Notes: a model not told the origin generated them from the sequence alone. 64,000 nucleotides of DNA from Candidatus Altimarinota bacterium (GCA_020631075.1 JAHDHX010000001.1:11283-75282); one strand, 5' to 3'. Positions 36,761-46,155 are shown, counted from the stretch's first letter. Made by a program: numbers and translations.

Positions 36761-38548
36761 ATGTCTACTTTGGTGCTTCGCCTTCGTCCTGCTGACACTT
36801 ATCTGCAGATTTTCCGTGCGATGGAAGACCCTGAGGCGAAGCGGTTGATCTTTCTTTTCCCGCGTAATGGAGGGCAATACTCTGATCTGAAATTTCTGAA
36901 ACTGCTGAAAACGAAGGCGGATGAGGAGGGGAAGGAGTTGCTGTGCATTACGAGCCGTTTGTTGATACATCAGATCCTGAAAACGCAGTCTATTCCTTAT
37001 GATACTCGTCTGAAAGGGGCTGATGCGGAACTCCCTGTGCAAACGTTGCCTGATTACCTCGGGGTGCAGCTGGCGGTGCCGCACAGTGCGTTGGCATCAT
37101 CTGCCCGACCTGCCCGTGACACTCCCCCTGCGGAAGGGGAGCACCCTGCGAACATCGATCCTGCGGAGGCAGAAGCACCTTCCCTGGCGACGGCGCTTTT
37201 CTCTAGCCAGCCGATCACCGACGCGCCGCCACCGAAATCGATCCGTGGGTTGGTTTTCTTCGGTTTGCTGGGCCTCATTAGCACGTTGGTGCTGATTATC
37301 TTGTTTATAGTGCCGCAGGCGACCATCACGGTGAAACCGACGCTGTCGGCGGCGCCGATCACGCAGAATTTTATTGTGGCTTTCCCTGAGTCGCGGGTGC
37401 CGAGTAGTGAAGATCTGCTGCCGCAGATCCCTGGGTATTACGTTCAGTCGCAGATCAGCGGGAGTGAGATCTATGCCTCGACGAGGAGTGAGTATGATAT
37501 ATTCAACGCGGTGGGAAAGGTGACGCTGTATAACGAAACGACTCGCCCGAAATCTTTTGTGCCTTCGCGGTTGCAGGCTGACACGGGGGAGGTGTTTCGC
37601 TTTGCAGAGACGGTGACGGTGCCCGGGGCGACGACGGAGGCGCCTGGGGCCATCGTGGTGGATGTGATAGCGGATGCGTATGACGCAGACGGAAAAGTGA
37701 TCGGGAAGCGGGGGAACCTCGAGCCTGACACGAAGCTATTTTTTCCAGCGTTGTCGGAGGATATGCGGACGCTGTACTATGCGCGGGCTGACCAAGGGCC
37801 CTTTGTGCAGGGGGATCAGCTGGAGAAGCGGTTCATCCAGCAGGCGGATCTAGATAAGGCGCCTGAGAGCTTTTTAGAAACATTTGGCATCCGTGGGTTG
37901 GAGGGGTTGAAGGCGAACATTCGTGAACGGGCGACGACGAGTGACCTTGATCTGATGTTTTTGGATGATCCGCGGCTGATCAAAAAGGAGCTGGTGGAGG
38001 TGAACATCCCCGAAGAACTCCTGAACACGGAGACGAATGGGTTCCGTGTGGAGGGGACGGTGAAGGTGTTTGGGGTGCTGTTTGACAAGGCGGAAATTGT
38101 CCGTGTGATGGCGGACAAGCTGCGGGAATCGACGCCAGAGAAAAACAAGCTGTTGGCCCTGGATGCGGATGCGATTGATTACCGAGTGCTGGAATCGGCG
38201 GCGTTTGATTCTGATAAGTGGTTGAAGTTGTCGATCTCTATGGTGGGGGCGCAGACTCTGGATCTAGACTCGCAGACGGAATCGGCCCATCGCTGGCGGC
38301 AGCAGCTGAAACAAGAACTGGTGGGGCTGACCCCTGAGGAGGCTCGGAGCCGCCTTGTCAACCTAGACGAGATAGAAGATGTCACTGAGATTAACATTCA
38401 GCCCTTTTGGGCGAGAACCTTGCCCAATATTATCGATCAGCTTGAAATTACGGTGGAATATGACGATATGGATCAATATGACTTCCCGCAGGAGTCGCCG
38501 CCGCTGGAAACAACGCCCTTGAGCTCGCCGCCAGTGGGGGAAGAGTAG
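36761..38548 (+). CDS. Bitopic membrane protein with a baseplate J/gp47-like extracellular region (CPR-typical)
   Basis: N-terminal domain, Pro-rich linker, TM then P.ATITVKP, AVGKVTLYN, RL...G.VF..AETVTVPG, V.AD...G.RGN, final 'INIQPFW..LP' pattern. Confidence 0.65.
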   Translation: MSTLVLRLRPADTYLQIFRAMEDPEAKRLIFLFPRNGGQYSDLKFLKLLKTKADEEGKELLCITSRLLIHQILKTQSIPYDTRLKGADAELPVQTLPDYLGVQLAVPHSALASSARPARDTPPAEGEHPANIDPAEAEAPSLATALFSSQPITDAPPPKSIRGLVFFGLLGLISTLVLIILFIVPQATITVKPTLSAAPITQNFIVAFPESRVPSSEDLLPQIPGYYVQSQISGSEIYASTRSEYDIFNAVGKVTLYNETTRPKSFVPSRLQADTGEVFRFAETVTVPGATTEAPGAIVVDVIADAYDADGKVIGKRGNLEPDTKLFFPALSEDMRTLYYARADQGPFVQGDQLEKRFIQQADLDKAPESFLETFGIRGLEGLKANIRERATTSDLDLMFLDDPRLIKKELVEVNIPEELLNTETNGFRVEGTVKVFGVLFDKAEIVRVMADKLRESTPEKNKLLALDADAIDYRVLESAAFDSDKWLKLSISMVGAQTLDLDSQTESAHRWRQQLKQELVGLTPEEARSRLVNLDEIEDVTEINIQPFWARTLPNIIDQLEITVEYDDMDQYDFPQESPPLETTPLSSPPVGEE

Positions 38549-38640
38549 GGGGGTGATGGGGGGCATGGGCTGAGGGCTGTTGTTTATGATTTTGCTTATT
38601 TTGGGGTACTGTGGGGGTGGGCTGCTGGGGGGTGGGGAAA

Positions 38641-39080
38641 GTCCACTTACAGCGAACCGTGGTTCGCTGTCGCAGCTGGATCACTATGCTGCGGCTTTTT
38701 GGGGCTTGATCGCCCCAAAGTGCGCGCTGCTTCGTCGCTGGGTGATTTCGCCGTGGGTCGCTCGCCGCTCCCGACTGGCTCTATCACCGCTCCTCCTTCC
38801 TCGGCAATCGCTGAGCGATGAGTCAGGTGGCGCGATCACCTCGGATGTCTGCATCTGCATTCAGGCATCTTGAATGCCTCAGGGGGCTTGATTCCGCTAC
38901 GCTGCATCTACGCGCCCTTTCGCATTCGCTCTTGTTCTTTCTCGTTATACTGGTTGGTTCATTTTTAGATCCCCGATTTTCTTACTGTTATCATTGATAA
39001 GGCGGGTGGGGGGCGCTGAGTGATTTTTAGTGAGATTGGGAGGGGGGCGGTGGACTCGCGCAGCGAACCACGGTGGGACA
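38641..39080. repeat. Cluster of REP-like palindromes and hairpins
   Basis: ACAGCGAACC-gt-GGTTCGCTGT (38649-70) with a 14-nt inverted copy at 39061-74; TTTGGGGC/GCCCCAAA (38698-719); GGTGATTTCGCC/GGCGCGATCACC (38741-840); GCATTCA/TGAATGC (38857-77). Confidence 0.6.
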
Positions 39081-39217
39081 GTTTGGGGGAAGATTGTCTG
39101 TGCAAAGGGTTGTTTGGGCCTGAGGAAAGGGAAAATATGTGGTATCAGAAAATAATACAGAGTTTGAAAAGAAATGTGAGAGGGGAAATTGATTTTTAAT
39201 TTTTCGTTTGTAAAATC

Positions 39218-39850
39218 ATGCAAATGAGCATAAATCTCTGGTCTGACGCGTTTGAGATTATAAGCATAGCGATTGGGGTTGGGTTTGTGAATGGAGCAAT
39301 CCCTGGTCCATTATTAGCATTGATGTGTGTGAGAATTTTGGATAAGGGGTACTTTTCTGCCATGAGAGTTCCGTTCCTTGCGGTAGGAGTGGTGGGAATA
39401 GTAGTAGCAAGTGCTTTTTTGGGAATTCTCCATTATTTGGAAGAAATTCCTGAAAAATCGTACAGATTGCTAACTTTTCTAGGAGGTTTTTATCTGTTGT
39501 TTTTGGGTCAAAAAGTGGCAAGAAAAAAACAAATATCACAGAATTTTGACTTAATTACTGATGGTCAAATCGTGATAGCGACTTTGCTCAACGGGAGTCT
39601 GTGGTGGTCATGGTTGATTGTATTTTTACCCCAGGCATTGGCGTTGGGGGAATTATTTAATGGTGGGGAGTGGGTTTTTCTTATTCTGTATCAATTTGCT
39701 TGGGTAATGGGTTTTTTGGCAATGGGAGGACTTTTTTCTTTAGGGAGAAGACACTTCGTACAGAGTAAGTCAGTGAATTTTATTTTTCGTTTTTTTGGAT
39801 CTGTATTGTTTGTTTTAGGAATTTTTATGATAAGGGCGGCGTGGAAATGA
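39218..39850 (+). CDS. LysE family exporter (AT-rich, probably acquired)
   Basis: GAIPGPL, LGGFYLLFLG, LLNG..W.SW; about 6 TM helices; markedly lower GC than its neighbours. Confidence 0.82.
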   Translation: MQMSINLWSDAFEIISIAIGVGFVNGAIPGPLLALMCVRILDKGYFSAMRVPFLAVGVVGIVVASAFLGILHYLEEIPEKSYRLLTFLGGFYLLFLGQKVARKKQISQNFDLITDGQIVIATLLNGSLWWSWLIVFLPQALALGELFNGGEWVFLILYQFAWVMGFLAMGGLFSLGRRHFVQSKSVNFIFRFFGSVLFVLGIFMIRAAWK

Positions 39851-39875
39851 ATTCGCGTGGTGACGTGGGCGGGCT

Positions 39876-41060
39876 ATGGTGCGGGGGATGAAATGGGAAT
39901 TGCCACAGACGACTGCTACCCGAGCTTTGCTGGTGCATAAGCTGAGTGAAAGTCTGGGGTGGGGGGTGATGGGGGTGTTTTTTCCGATCATTATGGGGCG
40001 GGCGTATGGGCTGGATGCGGTGGGGACGCTCTGGTTGGTTTTTGCTTTGTATGTGGGGTACACCCTGACGATGCCGTGGCTGGTGTGGGGGTTGACGCGG
40101 TTGCGTGACTATCGGGTAGGGTTGGGGGTGGGGATGGGGTTGTCGACGCTGATGCTGGTGTTGCTGAGCCAAGAGTCGTGGCTGGAGTCACGCTGGGTGC
40201 TGGGGGTGAGCTTTGTGGCGCAGTTTATGACGTGGGGGGCGTATTGGCCGTTGTATCTCTATAGTTTTGAGTTTATCGCGCCGACGGCCGAGCGGGGAAG
40301 GTATCAGGCGATATTGCAGATATTTGCGGTGGGGGGGAACCTGCTGGGGCCTGTGCTGACGGGGTGGTTGCTGGCGCGAAACTTGGACGGGTATGCGCTG
40401 GGGGTGGGGGCGGGGTTTATGGCGGTGGCGACGGTGGCGATAGCGTGGTTGCCGCGGCTGGAGTTGCCGTTATTTCAGCTGGGGCGGCACTGGCAATATA
40501 GCTTGTGGATGATGTGGCGGGCGCCGTATCGCTGGGGGGTGCTGGTGAGTGGGATATATGGGGTGGTGTTTTATGTAGTGTTTCCGTTGCTGACGGTGTG
40601 GGCTTTGGGCGGGGACTTCGTGGTGATGGGGGCGGTGGTGGCGTTGTCGGCACTCGTCGAAACGGGAGTGTCGCTGTGGGCGGGGAAGCTGAGTGATCGT
40701 CTGGGGGCGAGGAGGGTGCTGCGTCGATATGGCTGGTGGCTGCGGGGGCTTGATTTTGCGGGGCGTGCGCTGATCGGGCTGTTGCCGTATGGGTGGTATG
40801 TGGGGGCGGCGTATGTGTTGGCGGGGGTGCTGGGGCCGGCTTTTAATGTTTCGTTTAGTGCGCGGATACACGATCTGGGGGAGGAGGTGGTGGGGGAGGA
40901 AAAGTTGTATTTTTACACTGCAGGGGAGGCGGTGGCGGGGTTGCTGGGGCTGCTGACGGTGGGGGTGGCGGCGGGAATCTTGCAGGTGTGGGGCTGGGGG
41001 GTGCTGACGATGTGGTTGCTGGGCCTAAGTGGGTTGGCGGTTGGGTTCCGTCGGTTTTGA
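39876..41060 (+). CDS. MFS transporter
   Basis: About 12 TM helices; ERGRYQA, GPVLTG and motif A-like AGKLSDRLGARR. Confidence 0.85.
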   Translation: MVRGMKWELPQTTATRALLVHKLSESLGWGVMGVFFPIIMGRAYGLDAVGTLWLVFALYVGYTLTMPWLVWGLTRLRDYRVGLGVGMGLSTLMLVLLSQESWLESRWVLGVSFVAQFMTWGAYWPLYLYSFEFIAPTAERGRYQAILQIFAVGGNLLGPVLTGWLLARNLDGYALGVGAGFMAVATVAIAWLPRLELPLFQLGRHWQYSLWMMWRAPYRWGVLVSGIYGVVFYVVFPLLTVWALGGDFVVMGAVVALSALVETGVSLWAGKLSDRLGARRVLRRYGWWLRGLDFAGRALIGLLPYGWYVGAAYVLAGVLGPAFNVSFSARIHDLGEEVVGEEKLYFYTAGEAVAGLLGLLTVGVAAGILQVWGWGVLTMWLLGLSGLAVGFRRF

Positions 41061-41126
41061 GTGGTGTGGGGGGCGGCTTGTGGCTAGGCTGAGGATGATT
41101 TCTTTGTTTCCTTGCTGTTGTCTTTC

Positions 41127-42482
41127 ATGCCTGCTCTTTCCCCTCTGGATGGTCGCTATGCGGCTCGTGTGACGCCGTATGCGGCGGTGTTTTCTGAATT
41201 TGGGTTGATGCGACAGCGGGTGCGGGTGGAAATAGAATGGCTGTGGATGCTGCAAGCCGTCGTGCCAGCGTGCCCGAAGGTGCCTGACCTGCGGGCAGAG
41301 GCGGGGTTGCGGCGGTTGCTGGAGAACTTTACGGAGGAAGATTATGAGGGGATCAAAGAAATAGAGCGGACGACGAACCATGATGTGAAGGCGGTGGAGT
41401 ACTTCTTGCGGGGGTATGTGCCTGAGAACCTCTGGAGCTGGATACACTGGGGGTGCACGTCGGAGGACATAAACAACACGGCGTATGGGTTGATGCTGCA
41501 AGCGGGGCGCGGGGAGATAGCCACGCAGCTGCGGGATGTGATAGATGATCTGCGGACACTGGCAGAGGAGTGGGCGGATGTGCCGATGCTGAGCCGTACG
41601 CACGGGCAAACCGCCACACCGACGACGCTCGGGAAAGAAGTGGGGGTGTATGTGTATCGGCTGGAGGAGGCGGTCGGGCAGCTGGAGCGGCTGCCGTTGA
41701 CGGCGAAGATAAACGGGGCGACGGGGACGTATGCCGCGCACGTGGTGGCGGTGCCTGAGATAGACTGGGTGGGGGTGTCGCGGGAGTTTGTCACGGAACG
41801 GCTAGGGCTGGGGTGGGCGCCGCTGACGACGCAGATAGAAGCCCATGACACCGCCGTGCAGGTGCTGCACCAGCTGGCGCTGGTGGGAAGTATCATCATT
41901 GACCTGTGTCGGGATGTGTGGGGGTATGTGAGTTTGGGGTACTTCGGCCAGAAGCTGAAGGCGGGGGAAGTGGGGTCGTCGACCATGCCGCACAAGGTCA
42001 ATCCGATAGATTTTGAAAATGCGGAGGGGAACTGCGCCCTGGCGCGTGGGGTGGCGCGGACGCTGGCGGACCAGTTGCCGATCTCACGATGGCAGCGTGA
42101 CCTGACGGACTCAACCCTGCAGCGGAACTATGGACTAGTGTGGGGGCACCTCGGGCTGGGGCTGGTGTCGCTGAAAAAAGGGTTGGGGAAGCTGGAGCTG
42201 CGCCCTGAACGGGTGAGGGGGGACCTGACGGCGGCGCCTGAGGTGCTGACGGAGGCGGTGCAGACTGTCCTGCGCACCCATGGCCATGCGGATGCGTATG
42301 ATCAACTGAAGGCATTTAGTCGGGGGCAGGCGCTGAACCTGCAGCAGGTGCGGGAGTTTGTGACTGGGCTTGCCATCCCCCAAGAAGACAAAGACCGATT
42401 GCTGAACCTGACGCCTGAGGCGTACACAGGGGTGGCGACGGAGCTGGTGCGGGGGTACCTTTCGGGGGAGCTGTCGCGGTGA
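41127..42482 (+). CDS. purB: Adenylosuccinate lyase
   Basis: LSPLDGRY, TNHDVKAVEY, TSEDINN, SRTHGQ, GSSTMPHKVNPIDFEN, SRWQRDLTDST. Confidence 0.98.
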   Translation: MPALSPLDGRYAARVTPYAAVFSEFGLMRQRVRVEIEWLWMLQAVVPACPKVPDLRAEAGLRRLLENFTEEDYEGIKEIERTTNHDVKAVEYFLRGYVPENLWSWIHWGCTSEDINNTAYGLMLQAGRGEIATQLRDVIDDLRTLAEEWADVPMLSRTHGQTATPTTLGKEVGVYVYRLEEAVGQLERLPLTAKINGATGTYAAHVVAVPEIDWVGVSREFVTERLGLGWAPLTTQIEAHDTAVQVLHQLALVGSIIIDLCRDVWGYVSLGYFGQKLKAGEVGSSTMPHKVNPIDFENAEGNCALARGVARTLADQLPISRWQRDLTDSTLQRNYGLVWGHLGLGLVSLKKGLGKLELRPERVRGDLTAAPEVLTEAVQTVLRTHGHADAYDQLKAFSRGQALNLQQVREFVTGLAIPQEDKDRLLNLTPEAYTGVATELVRGYLSGELSR

Positions 42483-43075
42483 TGGGTGACGGGCGAATCT
42501 TTGTCGGGGTGGGGAGCTCGCTGGGGGACGCGGAGGAGACTTTTGCTCAGGCGGAGCGAGCGCTGGCAGCGCGGGGGGTGCGGGTGGTGGCACAGGCGAA
42601 AAACCTGAAAAATGCGCCGATGGGTGGGGTGGCGCTGGAAGAATTCACCAACAGTGTGTGGGAGGTGGCAACGACGCAATCGCCGTGGGAACTGCTGCGG
42701 ACGTTGCAGGCGGTGGAGGGGGATTTGGGTCGAGTGCGGACGGTGCGCTGGGGTGACCGTACGCTGGACCTGGATCTGCTGGTGTATGGGGGGCTGGTGC
42801 TGAACACGCCTGAGCTGACGCTGCCGCACCCGCGGATAGGGGAGCGGGAGTTTGTGCTGGGGCCGTGGGCGGAAATAGTCGATGAGGGGTATGCGGTGGT
42901 GGGCGTCGGGGCGGTGCACGCGGCGCTGAGGGAACTGAAGGAGGTAGCACAGGAGGTACCAGTTGACCGCAGACAAGTGACGGATAGATTGGCCAGTGAT
43001 GAAGACTCCCAAAAAACCAACGAAACGACAGGCGATCAAGGCGGTGCAGACGCTGATCCGATACATTGGGGATGA
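42479..43075 (+). CDS. folK: 6-hydroxymethyl-7,8-dihydropterin pyrophosphokinase
   Basis: VGSSLGD, F.N.V, E..LGR.R..RWG.RTLDLDLL, LTLPHPRI.EREFVL.P. Confidence 0.93.
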   Translation: MMGDGRIFVGVGSSLGDAEETFAQAERALAARGVRVVAQAKNLKNAPMGGVALEEFTNSVWEVATTQSPWELLRTLQAVEGDLGRVRTVRWGDRTLDLDLLVYGGLVLNTPELTLPHPRIGEREFVLGPWAEIVDEGYAVVGVGAVHAALRELKEVAQEVPVDRRQVTDRLASDEDSQKTNETTGDQGGADADPIHWG

Positions 43076-43565
43076 CCCCGAGCGGGAAGGGCTGCTGGAG
43101 ACGCCTGAGCGGGTGCTGAAGGCCTATGGTGACCTGTATGGAGGGTATGGGGTGGAGCCAGCGAATGTGCTCAAGACATTTTCGGCGGAGGGGTATGACG
43201 ATATGATCCTCGTCAAGGACATAGAGTATTACAGCGCGTGTGAGCACCATATGGCGCTATTTTATGGGCGGGCGCACGTGGCGTACATCCCCGGGGAGAA
43301 GATAACGGGGTTGTCAAAACTGCCACGGATAGTGGAAACCTATGCCCGACGGTTGCAAAACCAAGAGCGGATCACCACGCAGATAGCCGACGCGATCGCG
43401 GAGAACCTGTCCCCGAAGGGGGTGGCGGTGATGCTGACTGGGGTGCACACGTGCATGTGCGCGCGGGGGGTGAAGTCACGCGCGGAGACGGTGACGTTTG
43501 CGTATCGGGGGGAATTTCGTGGGGATGATGATCTGGTGGAGCGGTTTGAGGGGTTGGTGGGGTAG
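42999..43565 (+). CDS. folE: GTP cyclohydrolase I
   Basis: REGLLETPERV, SACEHH, GLSKL.R, RRLQ.QE, HTCM..RGV. Confidence 0.97.
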   Translation: MKTPKKPTKRQAIKAVQTLIRYIGDDPEREGLLETPERVLKAYGDLYGGYGVEPANVLKTFSAEGYDDMILVKDIEYYSACEHHMALFYGRAHVAYIPGEKITGLSKLPRIVETYARRLQNQERITTQIADAIAENLSPKGVAVMLTGVHTCMCARGVKSRAETVTFAYRGEFRGDDDLVERFEGLVG

Positions 43566-43602
43566 GGAGAAGAAACTGCCCTGTGAGAAGCGACTGAGGT
43601 GC

Positions 43603-44322
43603 TTACCAGAGCATTTCAAAAATCTGGCGCTGGGTGTCGGCCACGGCGGGGGACTGGATGTGGATGGCGAATGTCTGGGGGGCGAAGGAGACGATGAGGA
43701 CGGATTGATCCCAGATCATAACTTCGTTGTCGGCGTTGAAGAGCTGGGGGTCGATGAGTCGAGTCTGGCGGTGGAACTGGGCGTCGGCGGCGAGGACGGC
43801 TTGACCGTGGGGGTCACGCGGAGAGATGCAACGAAGAAAGATGCCCCGAGCGCAGCGTTGGGCGACGTAGTCGTGGTCGTACTCCGGCCAGTGGTCGCGG
43901 ATGATGGCGGAGTTGGCGTAGTTGCAGATCTCCGTGCTGGCGTCGAGGGAGAGCTGGTAGGCGCGCTGGACGGCGAGGAGGCCTTCGTATTGCTGGACGG
44001 TGGGGCGACTGGGGGCGGGGGCGGAGAGCTGGTGTAGGAGGGGGAGGATGGATTCGAGCTCGGCGGTGCGCTGCTGGGTGTCACGCAAGAGTGAGGATGG
44101 GTCAACCGCGGCGTAGAGCCGTGAGCGTGGGGACTGGCCGCGGGTGACGAGCCGCTGGCCGACGAGGCGCTCCAAGATGGTGTAGGTGGTGACGCGGTTA
44201 AGCCCCGCGTGCTGCGCGACGGCTGCCGCTGTGGACTGGCCCAGGGTGAGGAGCGAGAGGTAAATGGTGGCTTCGCGGGGGGAGTAGCCGAGGGATTCGA
44301 CAATTGATTGTATGTTTTTCAT
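43603..44322 (-). CDS. TrmB-family transcriptional regulator, divergent from glnA
   Basis: LGYS.REA.IYL.LL.LG, A....GLNR.T.Y..L..L winged HTH; YEG; C-terminal PLD-like effector domain (NEVMIWD..IQSPAVADTQRQIFEMLW). Confidence 0.88.
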   Translation of the reverse strand: MKNIQSIVESLGYSPREATIYLSLLTLGQSTAAAVAQHAGLNRVTTYTILERLVGQRLVTRGQSPRSRLYAAVDPSSLLRDTQQRTAELESILPLLHQLSAPAPSRPTVQQYEGLLAVQRAYQLSLDASTEICNYANSAIIRDHWPEYDHDYVAQRCARGIFLRCISPRDPHGQAVLAADAQFHRQTRLIDPQLFNADNEVMIWDQSVLIVSFAPQTFAIHIQSPAVADTQRQIFEMLW

Positions 44323-44397
44323 GTTTTTATTTTTAGGCAATTTATAATAAAAGTGACAGGAGGAGGTGAAAGGGGTTTTGGGTGGGGGGCGGGGTGT

Positions 44398-44414
44398 TGT
44401 AAATTTTTTCTACA
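44398..44414. promoter_or_regulatory. Candidate operator TGTA-N9-TACA between the TrmB gene and glnA
   Basis: TGTAAATTTTTTCTACA; one mismatch from the GlnR/TnrA consensus TGTNA-N7-TNACA. Confidence 0.4.
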
Positions 44415-44521
44415 GTAAAAATAGGGCTCGAATAATATGATGTAAAGCATATGGTATGGGGCGTGTTGGTTGTTTCTCTTTTTTTCTTCTCTCTTCTTTA
44501 TTTTTTAGAATTTCTTTTCAC

Positions 44522-45970
44522 ATGATGAATGTACTCAACCCGTTGCTGGAGCTGACATACCCTGAGTTGCAGCAAAAAAATATGACGATAAAAGAAGCCC
44601 AAGCGGCTGGGAAAAAGACCCTCGAAAAGGACTGCATCAAGGCGCTGAAGTCTGAAACGGGGGTGAAGGCGGTGACGGTGGCCTTTTGTGACATTGAGGG
44701 GAAGCTGCATATGTTGGACTATGATAAGGAGTTTTTCTTGGGGGGGTATGACAACCTAACGTTTGATGGCTCGTCGGTGCGGGGGTTTAGTGAGCTGGAG
44801 CAGTCTGACTTGCGGCTGGTGCCTGACTGGGGGTCGATGCGGTATTTGCCAGCGGACGTCTTTGGCCCTGGGAAGGTGCTGCTGTTTGGGTTTGTGTGTA
44901 ACCATGATGGGACGTACTTTGCGAGTGATTACCGTGGGCAGCTGAAAGCGGCGACGGAGAAAATCGGTAAAAAATATGGGTATACCATCCTGACGGCGCC
45001 TGAGGTGGAGGGGTTTGTTTTTAACGGTGAAGATGCGGAAGCGTATTATCACCAAGAGGAGGGGTTTGAGTTTGTGACGCAGGGGGGGTACTTCAACGCG
45101 TTGCCTCAAGATGATCTGCGAACCTTCATTGACAAGGTGGCGGAAGTGCAACGGGCGATGGCTTTTGAAAATGAGAAAGACCATGGGGAGGTGGCACCGT
45201 CACAGTTTGAAATTAATTTCAAATATGGAGAGGTGCTGATGACGTGTGACCAGATCATGCTTTACAAACTTATTTGTCGCCAAGTGGCGAAGCTGATGGG
45301 CTTTACGGCGAGCTTCCTGCCCAAACCTGTGGCGGGGATCAACGGGAGTGGGATGCACTGTAATATGTCGATGACGAAGGGAGGGAAGAACATTTTTTAT
45401 GATAAGAAGGACGACAATAAAATCTCAGAGTTGGCGTATCAGTTCCTCTACGGCATCTTGGCCCATGCGAAGGGGTTGAACTTGATCATTAACCCGAGTG
45501 TGAACGCGTATCGCCGCCTTGACCCGAACTTTGAGGCACCCAACGAGATAAAATACTCAGCGTGTGACCGTGGGTCGATGGTGCGGATCCCGCTGGGGAA
45601 TGAGAAGTCGGCCCGCATTGAGGTGCGGTCGGTGGCGCCAGATGCGAACCCTTACCTGACGAAGCTGATCCTGGTGGAGGCGGGGATGTCGGCGGTGGAG
45701 GCGAGTAAAAAAGAGTACAAGTCGCTGACGGCGACCGTGGACGCCAAGCCGACAAAGAAGCTGCACGGAACGATGCATGAGGCGCTGGTGTCTTATGGTC
45801 GGAGTAGTTTTGTGCGGTCGGTGATGGGGGACCACGGGTTTGAGCAGTTCTTGGAGATGAAGCAAGAGAAGGCGGATCGTGCACCGAAGCACCTCGGGAC
45901 GATCGTCAAAACGGATGAGGTGCGGTTTCACCATGAGGTGTGTAACCAGATCCTCTGGAAGGAGTTTTAG
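44522..45970 (+). CDS. glnA: Glutamine synthetase type I
   Basis: FDGSS, PEVEGF, HGEVAPSQFEI, FLPKP..GINGSGMH, NAYRRL.P.FEAP, RIEVRS..PDANPYL. Confidence 0.96.
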   Translation: MMNVLNPLLELTYPELQQKNMTIKEAQAAGKKTLEKDCIKALKSETGVKAVTVAFCDIEGKLHMLDYDKEFFLGGYDNLTFDGSSVRGFSELEQSDLRLVPDWGSMRYLPADVFGPGKVLLFGFVCNHDGTYFASDYRGQLKAATEKIGKKYGYTILTAPEVEGFVFNGEDAEAYYHQEEGFEFVTQGGYFNALPQDDLRTFIDKVAEVQRAMAFENEKDHGEVAPSQFEINFKYGEVLMTCDQIMLYKLICRQVAKLMGFTASFLPKPVAGINGSGMHCNMSMTKGGKNIFYDKKDDNKISELAYQFLYGILAHAKGLNLIINPSVNAYRRLDPNFEAPNEIKYSACDRGSMVRIPLGNEKSARIEVRSVAPDANPYLTKLILVEAGMSAVEASKKEYKSLTATVDAKPTKKLHGTMHEALVSYGRSSFVRSVMGDHGFEQFLEMKQEKADRAPKHLGTIVKTDEVRFHHEVCNQILWKEF

Positions 45971-46002
45971 GGGGAATCTTGGGGGATCTGTCGATAAGGG
46001 GG

Positions 46003-46042
46003 AGGCCTCTGCGGCTCTGTAAAGAGCGGTGGGGGCTTTTTT
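46003..46042 (+). terminator. Intrinsic terminator after glnA
   Basis: GGCCTCTGC-GGCTCT-gtaa-AGAGC-GGTGGGGGCT followed by a T run. Confidence 0.7.
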
Positions 46043-46121
46043 CATTGTGTGACTGTGGGAGGGGAAAAGGCAGGGAAAGAGCTACTTAGATGGGTTTTGC
46101 GGGAAATGGTAAAAAAAGGGT

Positions 46122-46149
46122 TTGACAGGGGGCGGGGGGTGGTTACATT
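46122..46149 (+). promoter_or_regulatory. Probable sigma70 promoter of the rplP-rplO operon
   Basis: TTGACA (46122-27), 16-nt spacer, TACATT (46144-49), A-tract upstream. Confidence 0.65.
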
Positions 46150-46155
46150 CGGCCA

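Noticed and set aside
36761-38548. Prophage or contractile injection system
   Set aside because: Only one baseplate-like gene, with a TM helix and host-like codon usage; no other phage genes or integrase.
38580-38873. 97-aa ORF in the hairpin cluster
   Set aside because: No protein-like features; the sequence is better explained by palindromic non-coding structure.
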